DNA of 64,000 nucleotides from an uncultured Erysipelotrichaceae bacterium (GTDB lineage: Bacteria; Bacillota_I; Bacilli_A; Erysipelotrichales; Erysipelotrichaceae): positions 19,919-83,918 of the forward strand of contig OMYM01000142.1 in NCBI GenBank assembly GCA_900315225.1. Direction: 5' to 3'. The notes beneath the pieces are model-generated. The model had not been told where the DNA came from. It saw only the letters and a list, made by a program, of their open reading frames with translations, and did no database searches. How positions within the stretch are numbered: position 1 is the stretch's first letter; each line of letters begins with the position of its first letter. Made by a program: the position numbers and the translations under genes. Below are positions 28,492 through 36,962 of the stretch, piece by piece.

Positions 28492-30598
28492 CTTCGATTA
28501 CCATCGGCACAAGAACGTTGCACGCGATTGAATGCTCGCCATCGCTTGTCGCAATGCGAATGACCGTGGAACCGCTGGCGATAGCATGAATAATGCCATG
28601 AGCATCGACGGTTGCGATCGATGCATCATCGCTGCTGTAGACCAAGTCAGTCTTAAGATAACCTTCAGGCAACCCCGTGATATTGATTTGCCTAGACTCG
28701 CCGACATGCACAGCAACCGAATACTTATCCAGGCAAATCCTGGAAGCTACGTTCATCGCCTCGATTTCAGACAAAACAGCCCTTGCTGTACGTGTACAAT
28801 GATCGACAAACTGCAGGTTCTCGATATGATGCCCAAGCCCTGGAAATAACGGTGCGTTTTTTTCATTCAAAATCTCAAACGTGTTGTCTAGGCCGAGCTT
28901 GCCAGCCAATGATTCCGATGAATTCAAATCCAGCGCCATTTCCCAGAATGCCGTCAAGTCACCGCATACAAGGACATCAGGGTTTCCTTGGGCGAGTTCA
29001 TCCGCCATATCTGTATCCCCATCAATCACAACGCTGTTCTTGTTTCCTTCCTTGTCATATAGGTGAAGTGTTGTAACATACGTCATATTGGCACCAGCCT
29101 CGACAGCCGCATCCATCAATGTCGCTGAAAACAAGGAAAGCCCGAAACGAACATCAGCCGTCAAGCGTGAGCTTCCACGTAGCGAAGCATCTGCCTTGTT
29201 GTCAAGATCTTTGATCAAGCGCATTTTCCCGTTTCTCACCTCGCAACCAAGCAAGCTTGACTGGGATAATGCGATTTGGGCGCGACCCGAAGCATACAGG
29301 TTCAACTGAAGCTTCATGTCCAGCGACAGTTCTGGGTTTCCTGGCATAGGAAGCTTAACAGTGCATAGGTTCAATGTCTCCTGCAATACATCCTTCTTAG
29401 AGTCTTTCAGGATACCTTGAGCCTTCGCCAAAAATTCCTCGGCGCCCAAGGCACTGAAATCGCCATACAATTCCTTATATCCACCAGCCTTTACGGTAAA
29501 ATCTTCATTGGTGTTAAACGACACGCGGAAGTATGAATCTTTCAGTTTCTTTTCGCCAGTGTTCCAATCGTATGCAACTGTAATGGCGCTGACAATGAGC
29601 CTAGCTTCCACTGTGGCGCCATTGCCAAGCTTTTTTGTTGCCGTGGCTTTGACTCCACTGCTGCTGGAAGTCACCGAGACATTATAGCTGCCCACAGTGA
29701 AGTTCTTGGTATACGGATGGATGCTCATCAGCATCAGATTTTCATCTGTTATGGCGCCACTATCATTGGTTTCACCGTCAATATGAATCTCAGCGTTTGA
29801 AAAATCGAGATCATATTCCCCTGAAGCTGAAATCGATTCGGTGATTTCCAGTAAATCTGCCGTTGCAAGATCCACCAGCAATCCATCGTCCCTTTCGCTG
29901 ACCGCAGCCGCCATATAGATTTTTTCCTGCCCATCCTTTTCAATCCAATGGACGTATCCACCTTCTTTTATTCCGATCCCTTTTTCAAACAATGCCTCCA
30001 TGCGCTCAAGATCCTGCGACAAAGGCGTTGCCTCTATAATCGATGGTTCATCGCTCATGATGACTTCCGTATGGGGATCCTCAATCGTCTTGTGGTTGAT
30101 ATACTCAATCGTCTGGGAAAGAGCCTTAAGCGCTTTTGCCTGTTCGACTTCTTCTTTCGGGTGAAATAAGCCCCTGTCGTCAAGCTCAAGCAACCCACTA
30201 GCCACGGCGCCAGATACATGTTCTGGAAACGAGGTTTTCTGGATGTCCTTAATCATATCCAGCCTTCCTTCTGCCTTTTTCCCCGACAAATTCATCAACG
30301 TATATGCCATCCATTCCTTGGTCAATGCTTGACCAGGGTCGAAAGGATACGATGGATCAAGAATCTGCCATTCAACCGCTGCTTGTACGTCTTTGAAATA
30401 GACAGAGTCTTTATCAATGTTCATATAATATGGCTTGTTACTCGAATAGCTGTAAATACCTGCCTGCTCATTGAGCGTACTGATCCAGTCTCCAAGCGAG
30501 ATCAAGGCAGGTTGCGCCGGCACGCAGCCGCCCATAAGGACGGCTGCTACAGCCAACGCAAGACAGACAAGCTTCTTAATACTGGATACCAGAAGCAT
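28475..30598 (-). CDS. Predicted lipoprotein with SLH-like repeats and C-terminal Ig-like (Big_2) domain
   Basis: Signal peptide with lipobox LMGG-C; SLH-like F.P...LT segments; YSSDDASIATVD..G.I.A...G...I Big_2 pattern. Confidence 0.7.
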   Translation of the reverse strand: MLLVSSIKKLVCLALAVAAVLMGGCVPAQPALISLGDWISTLNEQAGIYSYSSNKPYYMNIDKDSVYFKDVQAAVEWQILDPSYPFDPGQALTKEWMAYTLMNLSGKKAEGRLDMIKDIQKTSFPEHVSGAVASGLLELDDRGLFHPKEEVEQAKALKALSQTIEYINHKTIEDPHTEVIMSDEPSIIEATPLSQDLERMEALFEKGIGIKEGGYVHWIEKDGQEKIYMAAAVSERDDGLLVDLATADLLEITESISASGEYDLDFSNAEIHIDGETNDSGAITDENLMLMSIHPYTKNFTVGSYNVSVTSSSSGVKATATKKLGNGATVEARLIVSAITVAYDWNTGEKKLKDSYFRVSFNTNEDFTVKAGGYKELYGDFSALGAEEFLAKAQGILKDSKKDVLQETLNLCTVKLPMPGNPELSLDMKLQLNLYASGRAQIALSQSSLLGCEVRNGKMRLIKDLDNKADASLRGSSRLTADVRFGLSLFSATLMDAAVEAGANMTYVTTLHLYDKEGNKNSVVIDGDTDMADELAQGNPDVLVCGDLTAFWEMALDLNSSESLAGKLGLDNTFEILNEKNAPLFPGLGHHIENLQFVDHCTRTARAVLSEIEAMNVASRICLDKYSVAVHVGESRQINITGLPEGYLKTDLVYSSDDASIATVDAHGIIHAIASGSTVIRIATSDGEHSIACNVLVPMVIEDADIG

Positions 30599-30875
30599 TT
30601 CCGGTAATCGTTGATTCGAGCGTGTCGTAGCTGGAGACTGTCTGGTCTAAAAACCTCGCATACGAATCAATGGCTGACTTGTGCTCTTCGAAGCGTGCCG
30701 ACAAAAGATTGAAGCGGCGGCGGATTTCCTCCGCGCCATCCGATTCCCATCCGCCAGCCAAGGAATTCATTTCCTTCTTCATCTCGGCGAGGGATTCATA
30801 CATCTGCTGGTTGAGCGAGCGAATTCTTGAAGCGGCGTCGCTGACTTCCGCAAGTGAAATCTTAATGCTTGGCAT
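30576..30875 (-). CDS. WXG100/ESAT-6-like protein (WES variant)
   Basis: 99 aa helix-turn-helix, central W-E-S-D-G, C-terminal YDTLE; AAAGGAG RBS. Confidence 0.82.
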   Translation of the reverse strand: MPSIKISLAEVSDAASRIRSLNQQMYESLAEMKKEMNSLAGGWESDGAEEIRRRFNLLSARFEEHKSAIDSYARFLDQTVSSYDTLESTITGNASGIQY

Positions 30876-30892
30876 TTGAATTCTCCTTTCTT

Positions 30893-31192
30893 TCACTGCA
30901 CAAGAGAATTAGCCTGTGCGACCAATTCATCCTGTGTCTCTCTGTACGCTCTCGCGCTTCCCTTAAGGAAATCAGAATACTGCGTGCACAACATGGAAAG
31001 CTGGCGGAATTCCCCCTGGAACTTTGCGATGCGTTCAGTAAAGGCAACGTTATCTCTTCCCTGCCATGCAGAGGACATGTTGTCCACCACATCGAACAGT
31101 TCTGAGCTACTGCGGACATAATCCTGGTTCTTGTCGTCCATGCGAGCAGCACAGGATTCAAGCTGCTCAGGCTCTACGGTGATTCTTCTCAT
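30893..31192 (-). CDS. WXG100 family type VII secretion target
   Basis: 99 aa, I.V.PEQL...A start, central WQG, ARAY..; GGGGGTG RBS. Confidence 0.9.
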   Translation of the reverse strand: MRRITVEPEQLESCAARMDDKNQDYVRSSSELFDVVDNMSSAWQGRDNVAFTERIAKFQGEFRQLSMLCTQYSDFLKGSARAYRETQDELVAQANSLVQ

Positions 31193-31242
31193 AAGAACAC
31201 CCCCTTTCACCATTCTTATTACCCGCGTTTTTCCAAAACCCA

Positions 31243-31275
31243 CAAAAAAAGAAAAAGCCATTTCAGGCTTTTTCC
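31243..31275 (-). terminator. Intrinsic terminator after rbfA
   Basis: Minus strand gaaaaagcc-tgaaat-ggctttttc followed by a T-run. Confidence 0.75.
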
Positions 31276-31676
31276 TATTCATTCTCGTTCTCCGATGATT
31301 CCGTTCCTTCGGTTTCCATTTCCACAGGATCATTTTTATGAATCTCGGTAATCAACTCATCAATATGCCTTCCTCGCTCCATTGTCTTATCAATCAGGAA
31401 TGACAATTCAGGCGTGCGCCTTATCGAAAGACGGTGGCTTAGTTCACTACGAATGAACCCGCTTGCCCTGTTCAAGGCACGCAATCCCGCCTGCCATCTC
31501 TCATCCTGCCCAAGGAAAGTGACGTATACCTTTGCGTAGCTATGGTCATTTGTCACATGCACATCAGTTACTGTAACAAAACCAACTTTAGGATCCTTCA
31601 ATTCGAACTGAATGATTTCTGTAATGTTCTTACGGATTATCCCTTCCAATCTCTTTTGCTTGATGTTTGCCATCAC
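31275..31676 (-). CDS. rbfA: Ribosome-binding factor A
   Basis: [14 protein letters not shown]...AKVY, GFIR..L...L..R.TPEL.F..D. Confidence 0.95.
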   Translation of the reverse strand: MMANIKQKRLEGIIRKNITEIIQFELKDPKVGFVTVTDVHVTNDHSYAKVYVTFLGQDERWQAGLRALNRASGFIRSELSHRLSIRRTPELSFLIDKTMERGRHIDELITEIHKNDPVEMETEGTESSENENE

Positions 31677-33550
31677 TCACCTACTGGAACCTTTTGTTCC
31701 TGATAAGCCTCAATGGTATCACCCACCTTGAGGTCATTGTAGTTCTCTATCGTGATGCCGCATTCATATCCATTAAGGACTTCCTTTGCGTCATCCTTGA
31801 ATCTCTTCAGCGATCCCAGATTACCCGTATAGATGACAATTCCCTCGCGAATCAAGCGAATGCTACAACCATTCACCAGTTTGCCATCAGTGACCATGCA
31901 CCCTCCGATCGTGCCGATCTTCGATGCTTTGTAGGTCTCGCGAATCTCCGCCTGACCGATGACAACTTCTTCATATACTGGCTCAAGCAATCCTTTCATT
32001 GCCATTTCCATTTCTTCGGTCGCCTTATATATAATGTTATGAAGACGAATCTGTACGCCTGCTTCTTCTGCCTTCTTGCGAATATTGGCATCAGGGCGCA
32101 CATTGAATCCAATAATCATGGCATTTGATGCGCTTGCTAGCATAATATCCGATTCGGAGATGGCACCAGCGGTACTATGTATTACATTGATCTTGACACC
32201 AGATACATCCAGCTTCTCCATGGAGGAACGTACTGCTTCTGCCGAACCCTGCACATCCGCCTTGATGATGATTGGAATCTCTTTGATATTTCCAGATTCG
32301 ATCTGGGCGGACAGATCCTCAATGCTCATTGCGCTAGTTCTTCTTCTGTCAGCCTCGATCTTGCGTCTCTTTCTTCTATCGGCGATCGCGCGCGCTTCTT
32401 TCTCATTATCATAGTTTCTGAACAAATCGCCTGCTTCAGGGACATCGTTCAAACCAATGATTTCCACCGGGGTGGAAGGACCAGCAACCTTTAGTTCGCG
32501 TCCATTTTCATCCGTCATGCGACGAACTCTGCCAAAACTTGTTCCAACCACAACTGGATCACTTTGATGCAACGTTCCGTTCTGGACAAGCAATGTCGCA
32601 ACCGGGCCTCTGCCCTTGTCTAGTTTTGCTTCGACAACCGTTCCAGAAGCGATGGCCTTGGGATTTGCCTTTAGCTCCTTCACATCTGCCACTGTCAAAA
32701 TGGTCTCAAGCAAATCGTCAATGCCTTCGCCTTTCTTTGCGCTGGTATGCACGAAAATCGTATCGCCGCCCCATTCTTCTGGCATGATGCCAAGATCCGA
32801 CATTTCATTCATGACACGGTCGGGGTTTGCGTCAGGGCGATCCATTTTGTTTACCGCAACAATAATCGGAACATCCGCTGCCTTTGCGTGATCTACCGCC
32901 TCTCTTGTCTGGGGCATGACTCCATCATCCGCCGCAACTACAATAACCGCAATATCTGTAATGCTAGCGCCGCGCGCGCGCATAGCAGTGAATGCCTCGT
33001 GTCCTGGCGTATCAAGGAAAGTTACTTTCCGACCATCGACATTTACCTGGTAGGCGCCGATCGCCTGGGTAATGCCGCCAGCCTCGCCGGCAGCGACCTT
33101 GGTCCTGCGGATTGTGTCAAGCAATGTCGTTTTTCCATGGTCGACATGACCCATGATTGTAACAACCGGCGGGCGTTCCACCAAATCGTCTTCGGAACCC
33201 AACTCATCCACCTCAAGGCTGTCTTCCTCACGCTCCTTGACCTTCTTTGGCTCAATATCATACCCGATGCAGACCAACTCGACCATTTCATCTTCCATCG
33301 GGCTGTTGATCGTTACTAGCTTGCCCTCCATGAAGAGCGTCTTGATGATCTCGGAAGATTGTCTTCCGATTTTTTCGGCCAATTCGCCAACGGTAATGCC
33401 ATCCGTATACGTAATGGCACGGATATCGGCGGACGCCGAACGTCCACGCCCTCCTTCATATCCTTTTCTTGGGCGGTTTGAGGAAAAATTTCTTCCCGTG
33501 TTGTTCTTGCCGCCGCTTTTCCTATTTACCGGCTTACGTTTTGTCGCCAT
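31673..33550 (-). CDS. infB: Translation initiation factor IF-2
   Basis: [35 protein letters not shown]. Confidence 0.97.
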   Translation of the reverse strand: MATKRKPVNRKSGGKNNTGRNFSSNRPRKGYEGGRGRSASADIRAITYTDGITVGELAEKIGRQSSEIIKTLFMEGKLVTINSPMEDEMVELVCIGYDIEPKKVKEREEDSLEVDELGSEDDLVERPPVVTIMGHVDHGKTTLLDTIRRTKVAAGEAGGITQAIGAYQVNVDGRKVTFLDTPGHEAFTAMRARGASITDIAVIVVAADDGVMPQTREAVDHAKAADVPIIVAVNKMDRPDANPDRVMNEMSDLGIMPEEWGGDTIFVHTSAKKGEGIDDLLETILTVADVKELKANPKAIASGTVVEAKLDKGRGPVATLLVQNGTLHQSDPVVVGTSFGRVRRMTDENGRELKVAGPSTPVEIIGLNDVPEAGDLFRNYDNEKEARAIADRRKRRKIEADRRRTSAMSIEDLSAQIESGNIKEIPIIIKADVQGSAEAVRSSMEKLDVSGVKINVIHSTAGAISESDIMLASASNAMIIGFNVRPDANIRKKAEEAGVQIRLHNIIYKATEEMEMAMKGLLEPVYEEVVIGQAEIRETYKASKIGTIGGCMVTDGKLVNGCSIRLIREGIVIYTGNLGSLKRFKDDAKEVLNGYECGITIENYNDLKVGDTIEAYQEQKVPVGE

Positions 33551-33602
33551 TGATATTACCTCCTATTACTCAATACTTCTGAAACCGCAAAATGTCGATG
33601 AC

Positions 33603-33860
33603 TTACAAAAGAGCTTTCTCTATCTTGTCGTAGAATTCCTCAGGGATTTCTATATCCAGCGCCTTGGCAAGCGCCTTGTTTTTCTTCGCAAGATTCAGGG
33701 CGGCGATATCTTTTTTAAGATATGCGCCATGCCCATTTTTCCTGCCTGTTTCATCTACTTCAAGGTTACCTTCTGGAGTGCGCACAATACGCAACAGCTC
33801 CTTCTTAGGAAGGTGTTCTTGCGTAGCAACACATTTTCTCATTGGTATCTTTCTTGGCAT
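33603..33860 (-). CDS. ylxR: YlxR/RnpM (DUF448) RNA-binding protein
   Basis: P.RKCVAT....KKEL.RIV, D.TG.K.G.GAY; position between nusA and infB. Confidence 0.9.
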   Translation of the reverse strand: MPRKIPMRKCVATQEHLPKKELLRIVRTPEGNLEVDETGRKNGHGAYLKKDIAALNLAKKNKALAKALDIEIPEEFYDKIEKALL

Positions 33861-33863
33861 AGA

Positions 33864-35687
33864 TCAATCATCGTCCTCTTGATAGTACTCTTCATATGCG
33901 TCATAGTCAAACTCATATTCCTTGTCTTCTTCGGCTTGGCGCTGCGCCTCGATCTCCGCAAGCTCTTCCTCGCTATAGACTGGACGATTGTCAAACTGCT
34001 GCATCGACTTCTTGATTTGCTCTTCGAGATCCTTGTTGCGAACCTTAAAATCGTCCTCCTCGTTTTTCTTCTTGCGGCGCTTTGGAGTGGTGACAGGCTT
34101 TGGCTTGGTCGCATCCGTCAATTTTTCAAAGACGGAAACATATGTATTCTTTGCGGCCATTTTTTCAAGATCGGCGTGTTTTCTTCCACCAGTCTTTTCA
34201 ACCTTCTCCTCAGGTTCCACAGGCGTTTTCTTTTCTTCTGGCACATCGGCATCAAAGTCGCTGACATCATTGCCCTCTTCTTCAGGCTGTGTCTCTTCCA
34301 CCGCTTCATCAAGAGGCGCCGATGCATCGATGTCTTCTTCCTGTATTTCGCTCTCCATGGGTTCCATCTCTGGCTCATCCTTCTTCATGGACATTTCATC
34401 AAAGATCTTCTCTTGCACATGTTCCTGCATTTCTTCTGGAATCACTTCGTCATCCACAAGCGCAGCAACTTCCGCAGCATGCTCAAGCGCTGCCTTTTGC
34501 GCAGCCTGCGTCCTGATTTCATCCTGACGGCGCTGTTCCTCCTGAACGCGCTTCAGTTCTCTTTCTGCGGCTTCCTTGAGGGAACGCTCCCTATTTTCCT
34601 CGGCGCGCTTAAGAAGCTCGTCATAGTCCATTCCCTGTTTTTCAATATCTGCGCGAGTCTTGATGTCGATCTTCCGGTTAGTCAACTTCACCGCTAGACG
34701 TGCGTTCTTTCCCCTCTTGCCAATCGCAAGGGAGAGCTGGTCGTCCGCAACAATCACAAGAAGACCACCCTTTTCATCCTGCAACGGTACAACCGCCGTC
34801 ACCTTGGCGGGTGACAACGCATTCTTGACAAGCTCTGTTACATCTTCGTTCCATTGGAAAATATCAATCTTCTCACCGCGAAGCTCGCTAATAATGTTCT
34901 GTACCCTGCTGCCCCTAGGTCCAATACAGGCACCGATCGGATCAACCTCAGGATTGCGACTTGCGACAGCCATCTTTGTCCTTTCGCCAGGCTCGCGCGC
35001 TATTGCCTTGATCTCGACAATCCCTTGGTAGATTTCATCGACTTCCTTTTCAAACAGACGCTTTACAAACATAGGATCAGCGCGGGATACAAGAACTTGC
35101 GAACCCTTGGTCTCTTTGTTAACCTCGGTTATGACAACGCGCACCTGCTTTCCTTCCTGTAGACGCTCGCCTGGAATTCCTGCAGACAAGGGCATCATAG
35201 CTACTGTCCTGCCGAGGTTAATCAATGTAAACTTGTCTTTTACCGATTCCACGGTTCCCGTCACCATGTCGTTCAAACGATCAATATATTCAATATAGAC
35301 CGCCTCTTTCTCTGCCTCTCTGATTTTTTGGCGCATGACATTCTTTGCCAAGGTCGCGGCAGCGCGAGACATTGACGTAATTTCAATCGGCTTACTGACT
35401 TTGTCGCCAATGACAACATCTGGGTTGACCAGCTTTGCGTCTTCAAGGGAAATCTCCAATTCGTCATCCTCAACTTTTTCCGTGACCACATAGTTCTGGT
35501 AAAGGTCGATTGTCTGCTTTGTCTCGTTGATTTCCGCAACAACATCAATGTCGGCAAGCTCGGCGTCTTTTTTATATGCCTTCGCCATTGCTTCCTTCAA
35601 AGCTTCCTTGATTGTCTCGGCGGGAATGCTCCTTTCTTCCTCAACGGCATTCAGCGCCTTGATCATATCCTTGTATTTCAGTTCCAT
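33864..35687 (-). CDS. nusA: Transcription factor NusA with long acidic C-terminal extension
   Basis: S1 and KH domains: AREPG.RTK, DPIGACIG.RGSR, SLAIGK.GKNARLA. Confidence 0.96.
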   Translation of the reverse strand: MELKYKDMIKALNAVEEERSIPAETIKEALKEAMAKAYKKDAELADIDVVAEINETKQTIDLYQNYVVTEKVEDDELEISLEDAKLVNPDVVIGDKVSKPIEITSMSRAAATLAKNVMRQKIREAEKEAVYIEYIDRLNDMVTGTVESVKDKFTLINLGRTVAMMPLSAGIPGERLQEGKQVRVVITEVNKETKGSQVLVSRADPMFVKRLFEKEVDEIYQGIVEIKAIAREPGERTKMAVASRNPEVDPIGACIGPRGSRVQNIISELRGEKIDIFQWNEDVTELVKNALSPAKVTAVVPLQDEKGGLLVIVADDQLSLAIGKRGKNARLAVKLTNRKIDIKTRADIEKQGMDYDELLKRAEENRERSLKEAAERELKRVQEEQRRQDEIRTQAAQKAALEHAAEVAALVDDEVIPEEMQEHVQEKIFDEMSMKKDEPEMEPMESEIQEEDIDASAPLDEAVEETQPEEEGNDVSDFDADVPEEKKTPVEPEEKVEKTGGRKHADLEKMAAKNTYVSVFEKLTDATKPKPVTTPKRRKKKNEEDDFKVRNKDLEEQIKKSMQQFDNRPVYSEEELAEIEAQRQAEEDKEYEFDYDAYEEYYQEDDD

Positions 35688-35698
35688 TGTTAATACTC

Positions 35699-36163
35699 CT
35701 AGATTCTAACCGCCAACCGAATGAACTCTATGTCATCCTTCGAAAACTCACATTTTCTGGTCAACGCCTTATCCCTATAGGAAACAGTGACCAAGCCATC
35801 TTGCGATCCTACGATCTCTCCGGTAAGCTCCTGTACCTTTCCCACTGGATTTTTTAACTTGACAAACACATATTCACCAATCATGTGATCAAGCTCGTCA
35901 AGATTGTGTATTTCACGTTCAGCGCCTGGGCTGCATACTTCTAGAGTGTACTCGGCGCTGATTGGATCTTCACGGTCAAGCACCTCGCCAAGCTTTTCAC
36001 TTACTTCGGCGCATGTATCCAGATCCATGGTTCCATCGTCCTTCATGATTGATACCTGAAGGGTCTTGTCCTTTCCTCCAAGCCATTTCAATTCATAGAG
36101 CTGAACCGAGCATTCGCTCAAAACCGGTTCAAACATTTTCTTTAATTTTTCAATGCTATCCAT
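35699..36163 (-). CDS. rimP: Ribosome maturation factor RimP
   Basis: LD.CA.VS..L...LD..DPI...Y.LEV.SPG.ER; GGAGG RBS. Confidence 0.94.
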   Translation of the reverse strand: MDSIEKLKKMFEPVLSECSVQLYELKWLGGKDKTLQVSIMKDDGTMDLDTCAEVSEKLGEVLDREDPISAEYTLEVCSPGAEREIHNLDELDHMIGEYVFVKLKNPVGKVQELTGEIVGSQDGLVTVSYRDKALTRKCEFSKDDIEFIRLAVRI

Positions 36164-36182
36164 ATGCCTCCACACATAACAC

Positions 36183-36206
36183 AAGGAGTGCTTGCGCACT
36201 CCTTTG
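36183..36206 (-). promoter_or_regulatory. rimP leader hairpin
   Basis: AAGGAGTGC-GCAA-GCACTCCTT stem-loop with a GNRA loop just upstream of the rimP RBS, resembling the GAGTGG...CCACTC hairpin commonly found there. Confidence 0.6.
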
Positions 36207-36910
36207 TCGCAATCAATATAATATATTTCAACGGTCTATGCAAGCACAATTTGCATTTCTATGTGTTTCAGCCAAAAAACATTATGCCGACTGCTTATCC
36301 CAGCGTAATTTTCCAATTGCACAAACCGTCTTTAAATATGATTGAGGACACTTTTCGAGATCATCATGAATTCGAAATAATCAACATATCCAGCAAATTC
36401 CAATCTTCTTACTACTCCTTGCTAATCCTATCCAGGCAGGCATTGGACAGGGTTAGGGTAGATTCTGCACACCGTTCATACGCAATTCGAGTATTGATAT
36501 GAGCATAACGATACCATCCACCCGAACTGACTTTTCTTGCCGTTTGGCTTAGGCATGTAGACCGTTATCATATGACTTGACCTGTTCATCCCATTTTGTA
36601 TTGACACTCTGACAATTTCCCCATAGGACGCGAAGTGGCCTAATTCGTTGACATCATGCAGAACCCCTTGGCGCGCACTTGTTCCGTCAAAAACTCCTGA
36701 TCGTCTCCCACATTTTTCAAGATTGCATCTTTTTTCGCTAAGAAACAGATCATTTTTTCACGTATTTTGGTAGCGTACCTAGCAAAGACTTGCCTCTATA
36801 AATTTGACCTTTTTGACCATGACATACACCATTTATGCTCTGACTTGTGTGGCTGCTGTCGCAACGGGATTTTCATCAACCAGATCCTTTCATGTTCAAC
36901 ATATCATCAA

Positions 36911-36939
36911 GAAAGAGAGCGGCTTTGCCGCTCTCTTTG
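36911..36939 (-). terminator. Terminator after ppdK
   Basis: aaagagagcggc-ttt-gccgctctcttt perfect hairpin. Confidence 0.82.
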
Positions 36940-36962
36940 TGTAGTTTAATATCTTACTTGTT

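Noticed and set aside
31193-31333. 146-aa version of the first WXG100 ORF
   Set aside because: The extension crosses the rbfA stop and terminator. An RBS supports ATG 31192, giving the typical 99 aa.
33153-34697. 514-aa plus-strand ORF opposite infB/ylxR/nusA
   Set aside because: The Phe/Leu-rich translation is the reverse complement of Glu/Lys-rich codons, and it overlaps three confident genes.
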